Origin: a virus
Taxonomy: Duplodnaviria; Caudoviricetes
Reading direction: 5' to 3' (one strand)
Virus record (IMG/VR): IMGVR_UViG_3300031419_000378
Coordinates: 13,249 to 77,248 of that record
DNA: 64,000 bases
Shown: in pieces, positions 36,394-46,398 of the stretch
Layout: each line of letters opens with the position of its first letter
Position numbering within the stretch: position 1 is the first letter of the stretch
Program-made: the position numbers and the translations under genes
The notes under the pieces: model-generated
Databases searched by the model: none
Seen by the model: the letters and a program-made list of their open reading frames with translations, nothing else
What the model was told of the DNA's origin: nothing

Positions 36394-36399
36394 TGTCAA
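36394..36399 (-). promoter_or_regulatory. Consensus -35 hexamer TTGACA upstream of the tRNA-like element
   Basis: 29 nt upstream of the predicted 5' end; -10 box imperfect. Confidence 0.4.
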
Positions 36400-36575
36400 G
36401 TTTTTTTTCGGCAAACCAATGTTCAGCTATATAATGGCTGTAATCGACTAAAGCATGAGTAGGAAATTCAGACTGAAAACTATCATTAATGCTATAAAAT
36501 AAAGCTAGCTGCGCTGACCTGTTTCCTGTTGTTTAATATGCCACGTTTTAAGTAAAACTTCATCATACTGCGAAT

Positions 36576-36650
36576 GTCTTCTCTTCGCTCATAGCGGACA
36601 TTGTGGCGGACATTGAGCCGGATAGCGTCCGCTTTGTGCCAGAAGCAGAA
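36576..36650. repeat. Doublet B4-A5 with a 12-nt partial duplication and 15-nt linker
   Basis: GTCTTCTCTTCGCTCATAGCGGAC-ATTGTGGCGGAC-ATTGAGCCGGATAGC-GTCCGCTTTGTGCCAGAAGCAGAA. Confidence 0.85.
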
Positions 36651-36787
36651 GTAACGCAGGATCAGTACAAGTTAATCAACGAAATCTTGGCCATAGCTTT
36701 TGCGTTATTAATCTAAATAATGGACATTCATGCCGGATGATTTGAAAATCGTAAGTCTATGATTTACTTATTCGGACATTAAAGTAG

Positions 36788-37219
36788 ATGAGCCAAAAAT
36801 TAGAATTCATGTTGTTAGCGCTTGAAAAATCACGTCTAGCGCTCCCAGGCTGTAGACCAAATCCACCCGTTGGGTGCGTGATCGTCCATAACGGGCAGGT
36901 GGTTTCCGATGGCTTCACTCAACATCCAGGTCATCATCACGCAGAGATAGACGCCATTTCAAAACTAGAGGTTCCAATTGGTGAATGTGAAATCTTTGTC
37001 ACACTGGAACCATGCTCCTTTCAAGGAAGAACCCCATCCTGTGCATTGACTCTTGCTGAACTAAAACCACACCATGTCTATGTAGCCATTGAAGACCCGC
37101 ATTCCAGAAACAATGGAGAAGGGCTGAGAATTTTAAAAAATGCAGGGGTCAGCTTTACCTTAGGAATTGGAAAAAGAGAAGTGGAGAAGTTCTTATCGCC
37201 TTATTTGGTGAAGTCCTGA
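36788..37219 (+). CDS. Stand-alone Zn-dependent deaminase (RibD N-terminal-like)
   Basis: PNPPVG, HAE, TLEPCS...TPSC; no reductase domain. Confidence 0.85.
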   Translation: MSQKLEFMLLALEKSRLALPGCRPNPPVGCVIVHNGQVVSDGFTQHPGHHHAEIDAISKLEVPIGECEIFVTLEPCSFQGRTPSCALTLAELKPHHVYVAIEDPHSRNNGEGLRILKNAGVSFTLGIGKREVEKFLSPYLVKS

Positions 37220-37260
37220 CAGTTTAAATACAACAAAACAGTGCCGGCCATGAAAATTAT

Positions 37261-37323
37261 GTCCGCTCTTCACTCAAAGCGGACAAAGGGCTGGTTAGCG
37301 TCCGCTTAGTGCCAACAGCGGAC
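37261..37323. repeat. 63-bp doublet B5-15nt-A6
   Basis: GTCCGCTCTTCACTCAAAGCGGAC-AAAGGGCTGGTTAGC-GTCCGCTTAGTGCCAACAGCGGAC. Confidence 0.9.
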
Positions 37324-37452
37324 CTAGATAATCGCCAGTGGTAATTGCTGATAATCCTCATCAGTCCAGATAGTAGCCTTAAGGTTGTGCCATCATGTTC
37401 ATGAACGTTAAAGTTGCTCAAAATGATTATAGGTAAGATTAGGAAGTAACTT

Positions 37453-37920
37453 ATGGCACGTCGAAGTGAATTAAAAGGTATAGCGATTGCTATTAATGGG
37501 AGTTTTGTAAGCAGAAACAACGACTTAAATGGATACTGGTCAATAGGCAAGATTAAATCATTCGCTCTTGATAACGGCCTTACCTCAGTGACTTTTCCTC
37601 TCACCCTTCCTATGACCAACTCCGCATCAAATCTGCAAAACCATACGGTTAACCGCTACGCCAAAATGCTCAAGAGCCTATTAAATAAACAAAAATTACC
37701 TAGCCTCTGGGTAAGCAACGCGGTCATTACAATCGACTTTGATGCTAAAGCGGGACATGCAAAATTGTATGAAGACACCACCTCAGGCGACCTTTTCCAA
37801 TGCACCTGTAAGATAACTGATGATATTGACCGAGATTACTCATCCATAATGTATGGGCGTTGCTTGCCGCATTCTGTAGTTCGAGAGTTAAAATCGACTC
37901 GAAATTCACCATCATTTTAA
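37453..37920 (+). CDS. Hypothetical protein (single-gene cassette)
   Basis: 155 aa; stop codon abuts repeat B6. Confidence 0.7.
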   Translation: MARRSELKGIAIAINGSFVSRNNDLNGYWSIGKIKSFALDNGLTSVTFPLTLPMTNSASNLQNHTVNRYAKMLKSLLNKQKLPSLWVSNAVITIDFDAKAGHAKLYEDTTSGDLFQCTCKITDDIDRDYSSIMYGRCLPHSVVRELKSTRNSPSF

Positions 37921-37921
37921 C

Positions 37922-37945
37922 TTCCGCTCCTCGCTCATAGCGGAC
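37922..37945 (-). repeat. Palindromic repeat, inverted copy B6
   Basis: TTCCGCTCCTCGCTCATAGCGGAC. Confidence 0.9.
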
Positions 37946-38033
37946 ATCGGTCTGCACATCTGAGCACTGCCGCCTGTAGCGTCTTATACTCATTTCAGGA
38001 GTTGAAAAACGCTGGTCAAAATGGAGCATTGCA

Positions 38034-38411
38034 ATGGCCTTTCAGAACCCCGCCCAGAACTACACTGAAACGCGCCTGAACTTGGGCGATCTGGTCTATC
38101 TTTCACCTTACTCAACCTATCTGATGCGTAGCGAAAGCGACTGTCCCGGTGCCGGGATTGTCAAAGGATCTGTGCTGGCCATTGATCGCGCGCTGACACC
38201 AGCGCACGGTCAGCTTATCGTTGCTGAGTTTGACGGGGAGCTTTCGCTGAGGCGGCTGCTTCTCAATCCTGTTCCCGCCTTGCAGGCGCTGGACGCGGAC
38301 GAGACTATAACGCTGCTTGATGTAAGCCAGGCGCTTCCTGTGTGGGGTGTGGTCGCTTATGCCCTTACCGATATAGCGGGAGTGGGATTCAACGGACCAG
38401 CAGGAGAATAA
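38034..38411 (+). CDS. umuD: UmuD'-like (HumD-type) protein lacking the N-terminal arm and catalytic dyad
   Basis: Starts MAFQNPAQNY (UmuD GFPSPA.DY); no GDSM serine; SLRRL in place of T.KRL; precedes umuC. Confidence 0.75.
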   Translation: MAFQNPAQNYTETRLNLGDLVYLSPYSTYLMRSESDCPGAGIVKGSVLAIDRALTPAHGQLIVAEFDGELSLRRLLLNPVPALQALDADETITLLDVSQALPVWGVVAYALTDIAGVGFNGPAGE

Positions 38412-38413
38412 TT

Positions 38414-38643
38414 ATGTTTGCGCTGGCCGACGCCAATAATTTTTACGCCTCCTGCGAAACTGTATTCAGACCCGACCTTCGTGGCAAACCCATTGTCGTT
38501 GTGTCCAACAACGACGGCTGCGTTATCGCACGCTCAGCGGAGGCAAAGCGCATGGGCATCAAAATGGCCGCTCCGCTGTTTAAAAATGAGCGTTACTTTC
38601 GTGAGAACGGCGTTCATGTATTCAGCTCCAACTACGAGCTGTA
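38414..38643 (+). pseudogene. umuC: umuC 5' fragment, interrupted
   Basis: MFALADANNFYASCE...FSSNYEL, then premature TAG created by the insertion. Confidence 0.9.
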
Positions 38644-38714
38644 GTAAGTTAAGTGGAATGCAACATTGATTGGGTAAACTTTGAGCAGCAATGCTGTTGT
38701 CAGAGGTAAACACA

Positions 38715-39698
38715 ATGATGATTCCACCAAACGAGGATGTGCTGGTACTGGCGGAGCGCTGGCTGAAACTGCTGTCCGACCTGGGCCGGGCTCAGACCAC
38801 ACTCTCCGCCTACCGCAGTGCCCTCAGCCATTATTTTGCATTCTGCAGCCAGAACAGCATTGAACCTGAAAAGGCCCGGTTTGAAGACCTGGCCGCCTAC
38901 ATCAGCCCTCAGTTACCCGGCATGCCTTTTCCCGCAGCCAGCGCCACGCTCCAGCTGCGCCTTTCTGTGATCCGTCTCTGGTATGACTTTCTGCTTTATC
39001 AGGATATATGCAGTCTCAATCCGCTACCCCGTGCGGGTTTACCCGGCGTCATTTATACCGGGCGGGGGCTGGTCCCGCGTATCACCCGCTTACCCGTAAT
39101 ACCTGATGATGAGCAATGGCTGAAATTTCTTAAACATGTTTCAACTGCCTCCCTGCGTGACCGGCTGATGCTCGCGCTTGCCTATTTTGGTGCACTCCGC
39201 CGTGCAGAGGTGACAGCCCTGGCGCTTGAGGATATCGACCCTGCGCATCGCCTGATCCGTATCCGCCCGGAAACAACGAAAAGCAGGCGGGAAAGAATTA
39301 TTTGTTATGGTCCGGACGTGACGCCGGTACTGGCAAATCATTTTCGGCAGCTGAAGCAGGCTGGCTGGACACAGGGTGCGCTGTTCCGTTCATTTTCTGA
39401 TCGTAATTATGGCACACCCCTTTCTGTGTGGAACTGGAGTAAAACCGTACGCAGATGGGCTCTGGATACCGGGCTTCCACAGATTACAACACATACCTTC
39501 CGCCATCTTCGTCTGACCCATCTGGCGCGGGCCGGCTGGAAACTGCATGAGCTGGCGACTTATGCAGGACACAGGGATCTGCGCACCACACAAATTTATA
39601 TCCATCTGTCAGGTTACGATCTGGCTGGCCGGATAGCCGCAGCCGTGGCTGAAACCGACAGGAAAGTCGCCGGACTTATTTTTCAGGAGCCTTACTGA
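38715..39698 (+). CDS. Tyrosine recombinase (XerD-like, small partner)
   Basis: LRRAE, HTFRH, GHRDLRTTQIY catalytic residues. Confidence 0.9.
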   Translation: MMIPPNEDVLVLAERWLKLLSDLGRAQTTLSAYRSALSHYFAFCSQNSIEPEKARFEDLAAYISPQLPGMPFPAASATLQLRLSVIRLWYDFLLYQDICSLNPLPRAGLPGVIYTGRGLVPRITRLPVIPDDEQWLKFLKHVSTASLRDRLMLALAYFGALRRAEVTALALEDIDPAHRLIRIRPETTKSRRERIICYGPDVTPVLANHFRQLKQAGWTQGALFRSFSDRNYGTPLSVWNWSKTVRRWALDTGLPQITTHTFRHLRLTHLARAGWKLHELATYAGHRDLRTTQIYIHLSGYDLAGRIAAAVAETDRKVAGLIFQEPY

Positions 39699-41821
39699 TG
39701 AATGAAAAAACGGCCAGAGTCACTTATGTGCCTTTTAAACGCACAGATTATCAGCTGAGAGATGCGTTAAGTCCTGAGGAAAGAGACGCAATAAGTACAG
39801 GCTACCGGCGGTCAGCTGCGCTCGACCAGCCAGGTTCTCTGCCGTTTTTGCTGTTGCCTCTGCAGGACATTGCCTCACGCAGCAGTATCAGTGCCAGACT
39901 TGTCAGAATTACCATACTTACAGTTCTTGCAGAAACACACCGGGCGGGTCAGCCCTGCTGGCTGTGGACGCAGGAAAGGTGGTTAACGCTCTGTCAGCAA
40001 CACAGTTCCGGCAGGCCTTTGCTTGCTGCTTTTGCCTTTCATCTCGGCCCGTTTCCCTCTCCGTTAAGCCTGCCAGTGCATGGTGCACCTTCGCTGTACG
40101 CCAGTGCCATCTATGGCCGGATTTTTGTCAGCCATGAACTTAACCGGCTGACAGACGTTCTGATCTCACTGGGATATGTCGGGCAGAATCAGAAACACAA
40201 TCTGTCGGGTATGCTGGGTGTTCTGATGCTGATGAATAATGATCCGCAACTTGAAAATTTTACGACAGAACTGCTGTGGCGGGGGCAGAACTGTCACGAC
40301 CGGGGGATCGCAAGAGTTACAGGAAAAATATCCTATGCACTTGCTGCTATGGGGATTATAAAAAGCCCCCTGAGAATGCGTAATTATAAAGAGTGGCATG
40401 AAAAGCCAACAGAAGGTATCGCGCCTGACTGGGCCCGATGGTGCCGGAAGTGGCGGGAAACGTCGGTACTCCGCCCCCGCTCCAGAGAAACTCAGTACAG
40501 TTTCATTCTCCGCTGCGGCCTGTGGCTTGCCCGGGAAAAGCCGGAAATATGCGAACCGTCTGACTGGACAATGGAAACCTGCGCCAGCTTTATTGCAATG
40601 GTTGGCCGACTGAAAGTGGACGAGCTGTCACTGGACACAAATAAAGGGGGCAGGCGTTCAAACCGCTCAGGAAAGCCCCTGATGCCGCATTCCCGCAGCC
40701 GGTTTGTTTATGCAGTTCGCCGTTTTATGCTTGATTATGAAAGCTGGGGCTGGGGGAAATTAAAATTCAGTCCGGCCCGTCATTTGTCCTCGCCTGACAC
40801 ACCGCTGTTTCGTCAGGGCGTGAATCCCCGCGTCATTGATGATCCGGTCTGGCTGAAACTGGTCTGGGCAAGCCTGAATCTGCGTAAAGAAGATCTGCTG
40901 AGCGAAATTCATTATCCCCTGTCTATGCTTCAGGCTATGGCGGTTATCTGGACACATGCAGGGCTGCGACAGAACGAGCTGATGCGTCTGACAATGAACT
41001 GTATTACTCCACAGGCGGATGACATTCTGCAGGAAAACGGTGGTGCTATCCCGGCGGGCACTTTGTGCTATCTCAGCGTGCCGGCCGGCAAAACCTCTAA
41101 AGCTTTTGTTAAGCCGGTCTCGGCTGTAGTGAAAAAATATGTAGATATCTGGCTCAGTGAGCGTCCTCAGGAGCAGGCAGCACTTACGGATGAACGCACC
41201 GGCGAAAAAGTTCGTTTCCTGTTTCAGAATCGGGGTAAACCGGTGGGCAGGGACATAATAAATCTCACTGTTATTCCGGTTCTCTGCGCCAGAGCAGGAA
41301 TGCCTGCGGAAGATTCACGCGGTCCCATTACAAGCCACCGAGGCCGTGCTTCTGCCGTTACAGCACTGGCCAGTGTTACCGGGGGCATGTCTTTACATGA
41401 GCTGATGCAGTGGTCAGGTCACTCATCCGCACAGTCGACAATGCATTATATCCGCATCCGTCCGACTCAGCTGGCAGCATCGTTCGTAAAAGCAGACAGG
41501 GTCGCTCATATGATCAGCGTGCTGATTGACCACGATCCGGAAGCCGCGAGTCTGACCGGCCCCTCAACGTACTATGATCTGGGTGACTCATACTGCACGA
41601 ACCCCTTCTGGAGCAGCTGTCAGCACCGGATGGCCTGCATCGGTTGCGATTTTAACCTGCTCAAACAGAGCGCGCGCGGACTGATACTGGAAAGCAAAGC
41701 CTCTGTCAGACGTTACCTTGAGGAAGTTCCGCTCACACCCGATGAGAGAGCCATCGTGGAACAGGACGCAGAGAAAATTGAACAGGCTCTTAAAAGGTTG
41801 TCCCTCAAACCCGAAGGGTAA
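39698..41821 (+). CDS. Large tyrosine recombinase with long N-terminus and C-terminal Cys cluster
   Basis: GLRQNE, SHRGR, GHSS...MHY; CTNP...C.HRMAC..C; coupled to the previous gene. Confidence 0.85.
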   Translation: MNEKTARVTYVPFKRTDYQLRDALSPEERDAISTGYRRSAALDQPGSLPFLLLPLQDIASRSSISARLVRITILTVLAETHRAGQPCWLWTQERWLTLCQQHSSGRPLLAAFAFHLGPFPSPLSLPVHGAPSLYASAIYGRIFVSHELNRLTDVLISLGYVGQNQKHNLSGMLGVLMLMNNDPQLENFTTELLWRGQNCHDRGIARVTGKISYALAAMGIIKSPLRMRNYKEWHEKPTEGIAPDWARWCRKWRETSVLRPRSRETQYSFILRCGLWLAREKPEICEPSDWTMETCASFIAMVGRLKVDELSLDTNKGGRRSNRSGKPLMPHSRSRFVYAVRRFMLDYESWGWGKLKFSPARHLSSPDTPLFRQGVNPRVIDDPVWLKLVWASLNLRKEDLLSEIHYPLSMLQAMAVIWTHAGLRQNELMRLTMNCITPQADDILQENGGAIPAGTLCYLSVPAGKTSKAFVKPVSAVVKKYVDIWLSERPQEQAALTDERTGEKVRFLFQNRGKPVGRDIINLTVIPVLCARAGMPAEDSRGPITSHRGRASAVTALASVTGGMSLHELMQWSGHSSAQSTMHYIRIRPTQLAASFVKADRVAHMISVLIDHDPEAASLTGPSTYYDLGDSYCTNPFWSSCQHRMACIGCDFNLLKQSARGLILESKASVRRYLEEVPLTPDERAIVEQDAEKIEQALKRLSLKPEG

Positions 41822-41825
41822 AACG

Positions 41826-41849
41826 GGCCGCTATGTGCCAGAAGCGGAC
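41826..41849 (+). repeat. Palindromic repeat, forward copy A7, 4 nt after the recombinase stop
   Basis: GGCCGCTATGTGCCAGAAGCGGAC. Confidence 0.9.
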
Positions 41850-41978
41850 GTTAATGTATTACCTGTTCAGAAGCAGATTAGTCATTTTAAGTCATCAACA
41901 GAGTGCCAAGATGATTAAATTAATGTTTGACGCTGACTATATTTCTATTATTCTGGAAATATAGTTATTGGAGCCAGC

Positions 41979-42314
41979 ATGGACTTACATACCGCAGCAA
42001 ACGCACTTCGGGAGCTGGGCCACCCGACCCGTCTCAGCATATACCGGGAGCTGGTCAGGGCGGGTCATCACGGCCTGCCGGTTGGCGAACTACAGAAGCA
42101 CCTTGAGATTCCTGCCTCCACGCTCAGCCATCATCTTTCTGCGCTGATGTCTGCTGGCCTCATAAGTCAGGAACGGCAGAGCCGAACCCTGTTCTGCAGG
42201 CCCTGTTATGCGCAGCTTGAGCAGCTGATGGCTTTTCTGACTGAAGAGTGCTGCGCCGGCGGCAGCGACTGCAGCCTGTCTGCCGCGATGCCCCTTAAAG
42301 AGACTCCATTGTGA
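41979..42314 (+). CDS. arsR: ArsR/SmtB family regulator
   Basis: LGHPTRL.IYR.L, STLSHHL..L, C-terminal EECC. Confidence 0.85.
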   Translation: MDLHTAANALRELGHPTRLSIYRELVRAGHHGLPVGELQKHLEIPASTLSHHLSALMSAGLISQERQSRTLFCRPCYAQLEQLMAFLTEECCAGGSDCSLSAAMPLKETPL

Positions 42315-43033
42315 ATAACGTGAATGATGCCTTGAACAATATCGATCCGACGCTCCTGGATGCGCCCCTTACGGAAGAGAAGCTGAAGGCTGCAGAAGTG
42401 CCACACCCGCCCCGTATCCTGATGCTCTACGGTTCGTTGCGGGAACGCTCTTACAGCCGGCTCACCACGGAAGAAGCTGCCCGGTTGCTGACGGCTATGG
42501 GCGCGGAGGTGAAAATATTTAATCCGTCCGGCCTGCCGCTGCCGGATGATGTACCTGAAACGCACCCGAAGGTTGCAGAGCTGCGCGAACTGGTACTCTG
42601 GTCAGAAGGGATGGTCTGGTGCTCTCCTGAGCGTCACGGTGCCATGACCGGCATCATGAAGACGCAAATTGACTGGATACCCCTGACGTCCGGGGCGGTC
42701 CGGCCATCGCAGGGGAAAACCCTTGCAGTCATGCAGGTCAGCGGCGGCTCACAGTCGTTCAACGCCGTAAACCAGATGCGCATTCTCGGGCGCTGGATGC
42801 GAATGATTACCATCCCGAACCAGTCATCTGTGGCAAAAGCCTGGGCCGAGTTTGATGAGGACGGTCGCATGAAACCTTCACCGTATTACGACCGCATCGT
42901 GGACGTCATGGAGGAACTGATGAAGTTCACCCTGCTGACGCGCGGGCGAAGCAACTACCTGACCGACCGCTACAGTGAAAGAAAAGAGAGTGCCACTCAG
43001 CTCTCAGAGCGGGTCAACCAGCGCAGCATATAA
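42311..43033 (+). CDS. arsH: Arsenical resistance protein ArsH
   Basis: [34 protein letters not shown]. Confidence 0.95.
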   Translation: MNNVNDALNNIDPTLLDAPLTEEKLKAAEVPHPPRILMLYGSLRERSYSRLTTEEAARLLTAMGAEVKIFNPSGLPLPDDVPETHPKVAELRELVLWSEGMVWCSPERHGAMTGIMKTQIDWIPLTSGAVRPSQGKTLAVMQVSGGSQSFNAVNQMRILGRWMRMITIPNQSSVAKAWAEFDEDGRMKPSPYYDRIVDVMEELMKFTLLTRGRSNYLTDRYSERKESATQLSERVNQRSI

Positions 43034-43059
43034 AAAAGCCGGCAGATGCCGGCTTTTTT
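43032..43059. terminator. Bidirectional terminator
   Basis: A6-GCCGGC-AGAT-GCCGGC-T6 between convergent arsH and arsC. Confidence 0.85.
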
Positions 43060-43091
43060 CACACTCGTTATGTCCGCAGCCTGGTGAATAA

Positions 43092-43520
43092 TCAGTGGCT
43101 GACGCGATGACCGTGCTCATCAATGACCACTTCGCCATCCTCTTTGGTAAAGGCTCCCTGCTGCGGATCTGGCAGAATGTCGAGAACCGCTTCGGACGGA
43201 CGGCAGAGCTTCGTGCCGAGCGGCGTCACCACCACCGGGCGATTAATAAGGATCGGATGAGCCAGCATGGCATCGAGCAGTTCGTTATCGCTGAAGCGGT
43301 CTTCTGCCAGGTCGAGCTGCTCGTACGGTTCGGTATTCTTGCGCAGCAGGGCGCGTACGCTGATGCCCATGTCCGCAATCAGCTTCTTCAGCTCGTCGCG
43401 GGACGGCGGTGTTTCCAGATACAGAATAACCTTGGGTTCGGTGCCGCTGTTGCGGATAAGCGCTAGGGTGTTGCGGGACGTCCCGCACGCCGGGTTGTGA
43501 TAAATGGTGATGTCAGTCAT
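43092..43520 (-). CDS. arsC: Arsenate reductase (glutaredoxin type)
   Basis: IYHNPACGTSRNTL, HPILINRP. Confidence 0.95.
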   Translation of the reverse strand: MTDITIYHNPACGTSRNTLALIRNSGTEPKVILYLETPPSRDELKKLIADMGISVRALLRKNTEPYEQLDLAEDRFSDNELLDAMLAHPILINRPVVVTPLGTKLCRPSEAVLDILPDPQQGAFTKEDGEVVIDEHGHRVSH

Positions 43521-43569
43521 AAGCGGTACTCCGTAAAGGCGCTGCACAGTCGCAACACCGGGGTTAAGG

Positions 43570-44853
43570 TTAAACAGACAGGCGCAGAGCCAGCGCGGCC
43601 AGCGTCACAAAAAGTACCGGCAGGGTTATCACGATACCCACGCGGAAGTAGTAGCCCCAGCTGACAGTAATGTTTTTTTGCGCCAGTACGTGCAGCCACA
43701 GCAGGGTAGCGAGGCTGCCGATGGGGGTGATTTTCGGGCCGAGGTCGCAGCCGATGATGTTGGCGTAAATCATCGCCTCCTTCACCACGCCCTGCGCGGT
43801 GCTGCCGTCAATCGAAAGCGCGCCAACGAGCACGGTAGGCATGTTGTTCATGACAGAAGAGAGCGCCGCCGTCAGGAAACCGGTGCCGAGCGTTGCGCCC
43901 CAGACGCCGTGCTCTGCAAACCGGTTCAGGGCGGCAGAAAGGTAATCAGTCAGGCCGGCGTTACGAAGACCGTACACCACCAGATACATGCCCAGCGAGA
44001 AGATAACAATCTGCCAGGGCGCGCCTTTCAGCACCTTGATGGTATCAATCACGTGTCCTTTGCGGGCAACCAGCCAGAGAACACACGCCGCCACCGCTGC
44101 CACCAGGCTTACTGGCACGCCGAGTGGTTCGAGAGCAAAGAAGCCGACTAGTAGCAGGATGAGAACAATCCAGCCGGTTCTAAAAGTGCGCGCATCGCGA
44201 ATGGCCTCACGCGGCGCCTTCAGTTTCGCCAGGTCGTAGGTGGCCGGGATATCCCTGCGGAAAAACAGGTGCAGCGTGACCAGCGTGGCGGCAACCGAGG
44301 CGATATTTACCGGCACCATTACCGAGGCATACTCGCTGAAACCCAGCTTAAAGAAGTCCGCCGTGACGATGTTCACCAGGTTCGACACGATGAGCGGCAG
44401 GCTGGAGGTGTCGGCGATGAAACCTGCTGCCATCACAAACGCCAGCGTGGCACCGGGGCTGAAGCCCAGCGCCAGCAGCATGGCGATAACGATAGGCGTC
44501 AGAATAAGCGCCGCCCCGTCATTGGCGAACAGGGCGGCTACCGCCGCACCCAGCAGAACGATACAGGTGAACAGCAGCCGGCCTTTTCCGCCCCCCCAGC
44601 GGGAAACGTGCAGCGCCGCCCACTCAAAAAAGCCGGACTCGTCGAGCAGCAGGCTGATGATGATGACGGCAATAAAGGTAGCCGTAGCGTTCCAGACAAT
44701 CTGCCAGACCACCGGAATATCCCCAATCTGTACTACGCCGGTCAGGAGCGCCAGAGCCGCACCGATGACTGCACTCCAGCCAATACTGAGGCCCTTCGGC
44801 TGCCAGATAACCAGTATCAGCGTCAGGACGAAAATCGCACCCGCCAGAAACAT
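43570..44853 (-). CDS. arsB: Arsenite efflux pump ArsB
   Basis: 427 aa multi-TM; [27 protein letters not shown]. Confidence 0.95.
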   Translation of the reverse strand: MFLAGAIFVLTLILVIWQPKGLSIGWSAVIGAALALLTGVVQIGDIPVVWQIVWNATATFIAVIIISLLLDESGFFEWAALHVSRWGGGKGRLLFTCIVLLGAAVAALFANDGAALILTPIVIAMLLALGFSPGATLAFVMAAGFIADTSSLPLIVSNLVNIVTADFFKLGFSEYASVMVPVNIASVAATLVTLHLFFRRDIPATYDLAKLKAPREAIRDARTFRTGWIVLILLLVGFFALEPLGVPVSLVAAVAACVLWLVARKGHVIDTIKVLKGAPWQIVIFSLGMYLVVYGLRNAGLTDYLSAALNRFAEHGVWGATLGTGFLTAALSSVMNNMPTVLVGALSIDGSTAQGVVKEAMIYANIIGCDLGPKITPIGSLATLLWLHVLAQKNITVSWGYYFRVGIVITLPVLFVTLAALALRLSV

Positions 44854-44951
44854 ACCTTCTCCTTTTTAAATAAAGTTGCCCGTTGATCCGGGCAGATGAT
44901 TATCCCGCACAAAACACATTCAAAAAATCGCATATATGATGGCAAAATTTT

Positions 44952-45305
44952 TTAAATGCAGACAGGCTTGCCGTTGGTGGTTGCGTTATCGCGTTCAGCC
45001 TGCTGGCTGAGCTTAAGGATGTCATCCCGCTGGCACAGATAAGTCTGTTCAATCACTGCTGCTGCCCAGGCTGGCATGTGCGGAGACAAACGGTAATGGA
45101 TCCACTTGCCGTCTCGTCGGTCGACAAGCAGGCCACTTTCTCTCAGTAAAGCCAGGTGACGGGAAATTTTGGGTTGTGATTCTTTCAGCGTGGATGAAAG
45201 CTCGCAGACGCAGAGTTCACCTTTTTCGCGCAGTAACAGCACCAGGCTGAGCCGGGTTTCGTCAGACAGGTTTTTGAAAAGCTGCAGGGGCATAAATGGT
45301 GGCAT
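44952..45305 (-). CDS. arsR: Arsenical repressor ArsR
   Basis: LSDETRL, ELCVCEL, SQPKISRHLA; AGGAG RBS before 45305. Confidence 0.9.
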   Translation of the reverse strand: MPPFMPLQLFKNLSDETRLSLVLLLREKGELCVCELSSTLKESQPKISRHLALLRESGLLVDRRDGKWIHYRLSPHMPAWAAAVIEQTYLCQRDDILKLSQQAERDNATTNGKPVCI

Positions 45306-45542
45306 GACATTCTCCTGAATTACAGAGTCCAGTGTCGTTTCCAGGACTGCGCATGTCAATTTTATATTCGATTAAGCATATATGTTAAGGCGGTCATCAT
45401 GGTCTGTGACAGTCATCAGGTGCACGGGCTGTTCACAGTGGCAGATACGGTAACAGAAAGCAGTCTCGAGGCGAGCAGTCAGCTGCACAGCCTGGACGTC
45501 AGAACGTCCAGGCTGTTCGGGGAAAAGGTACATACGGTGCTG

Positions 45543-45832
45543 GCCCGCGCCGATATCGGCTTTGCCGTGGGCGCAATGCGCACAGATACCGCCATCGAAA
45601 CTGCCGACGGGGCTCTGACGGAGGATGACTTACGTAAAATTCCGGCCTTTGTCCGGCTCTCCAGGAGACATACGGCGTGCTGGTCAGGAACATCATTATG
45701 GCAGTTGGCATCAAGGCAGCATTTCTGGCCCTGACCATTGCCGGAATGGGGACCATGTGGATGGCGGTGTTCGCGGATGTGGGTGCAAGTCTGCTTGTAG
45801 TGGTAAACGGCCTGCGCCTGTTGCGTCAGTAG
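45543..45832 (+). pseudogene. C-terminal remnant of a ZntA/CadA-type P1B ATPase
   Basis: ADIGFA.GA..TDTAIETAD, then frameshift to TMWMAVFADVGASLLVVVNGLRLLR. Confidence 0.85.
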
Positions 45833-46071
45833 CCGGATCGGCTGCCCGTCGGGTGGGTACTGCAGATAATGTCGCTTTTCGCGTACACCAAAACCCTTGC
45901 CACCTGAACAGCTTACAGGGCATGTTCAGGCAGCCCTGTCTTTTGTTGCGCATTATCTGTTACTACTGCGTTTTTCCCGCAAAAGGTCAGGCAGGGCTGG
46001 CGACGACAATTTTTTGCTTTCCGGCGTATGAAGTAGCTGTCCCTTGCTTCGTACCGTGGATGACAGAAAAT

Positions 46072-46398
46072 TCATGCTGCCATATTTCTGCACTCCTGAG
46101 CACAATGATGGCATGCTTCTGCGCATTTTTTACAGTGTTCGTGCTCATGCTGGCCGCACTCATCCCCGCATTTCTGGCAGGCTTCAGCGCAGATCCTGCA
46201 GATTTCTGTAGCAAACTCACTGTCAAGCGTCATTAATTTTGCCGCCATCCTGCAGATACTTGCGCACTGCATGTCCTGGCTTATGCATTCACGCATCATA
46301 TCGAGCTGAGGCTCCTTCAGGCACGATGCGACACAGTAATCACAGGTTGCGGCACAGATGTAGCAGGCTTCAATGCAGTTGCGATAATGCTCTGACAT
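46072..46398 (-). CDS. Four-helix-bundle Cys-rich copper storage protein (Csp3/DUF326-like)
   Basis: Repeated CxxxC/CxxC motifs, no signal peptide. Confidence 0.85.
   Translation of the reverse strand: MSEHYRNCIEACYICAATCDYCVASCLKEPQLDMMRECISQDMQCASICRMAAKLMTLDSEFATEICRICAEACQKCGDECGQHEHEHCKKCAEACHHCAQECRNMAA

Noticed and set aside
37946-38033. LexA box for the first umuDC operon
   Set aside because: No CTGT-N8-ACAG found in this interval
43678-44886. Long plus-strand ORFs (157, 205, 209 aa)
   Set aside because: Antisense shadows of GC-rich arsB
45625-46236. 203-aa plus-strand ORF
   Set aside because: Spans the zntA remnant out of frame and the antisense of the Csp3-like gene; no recognisable motifs
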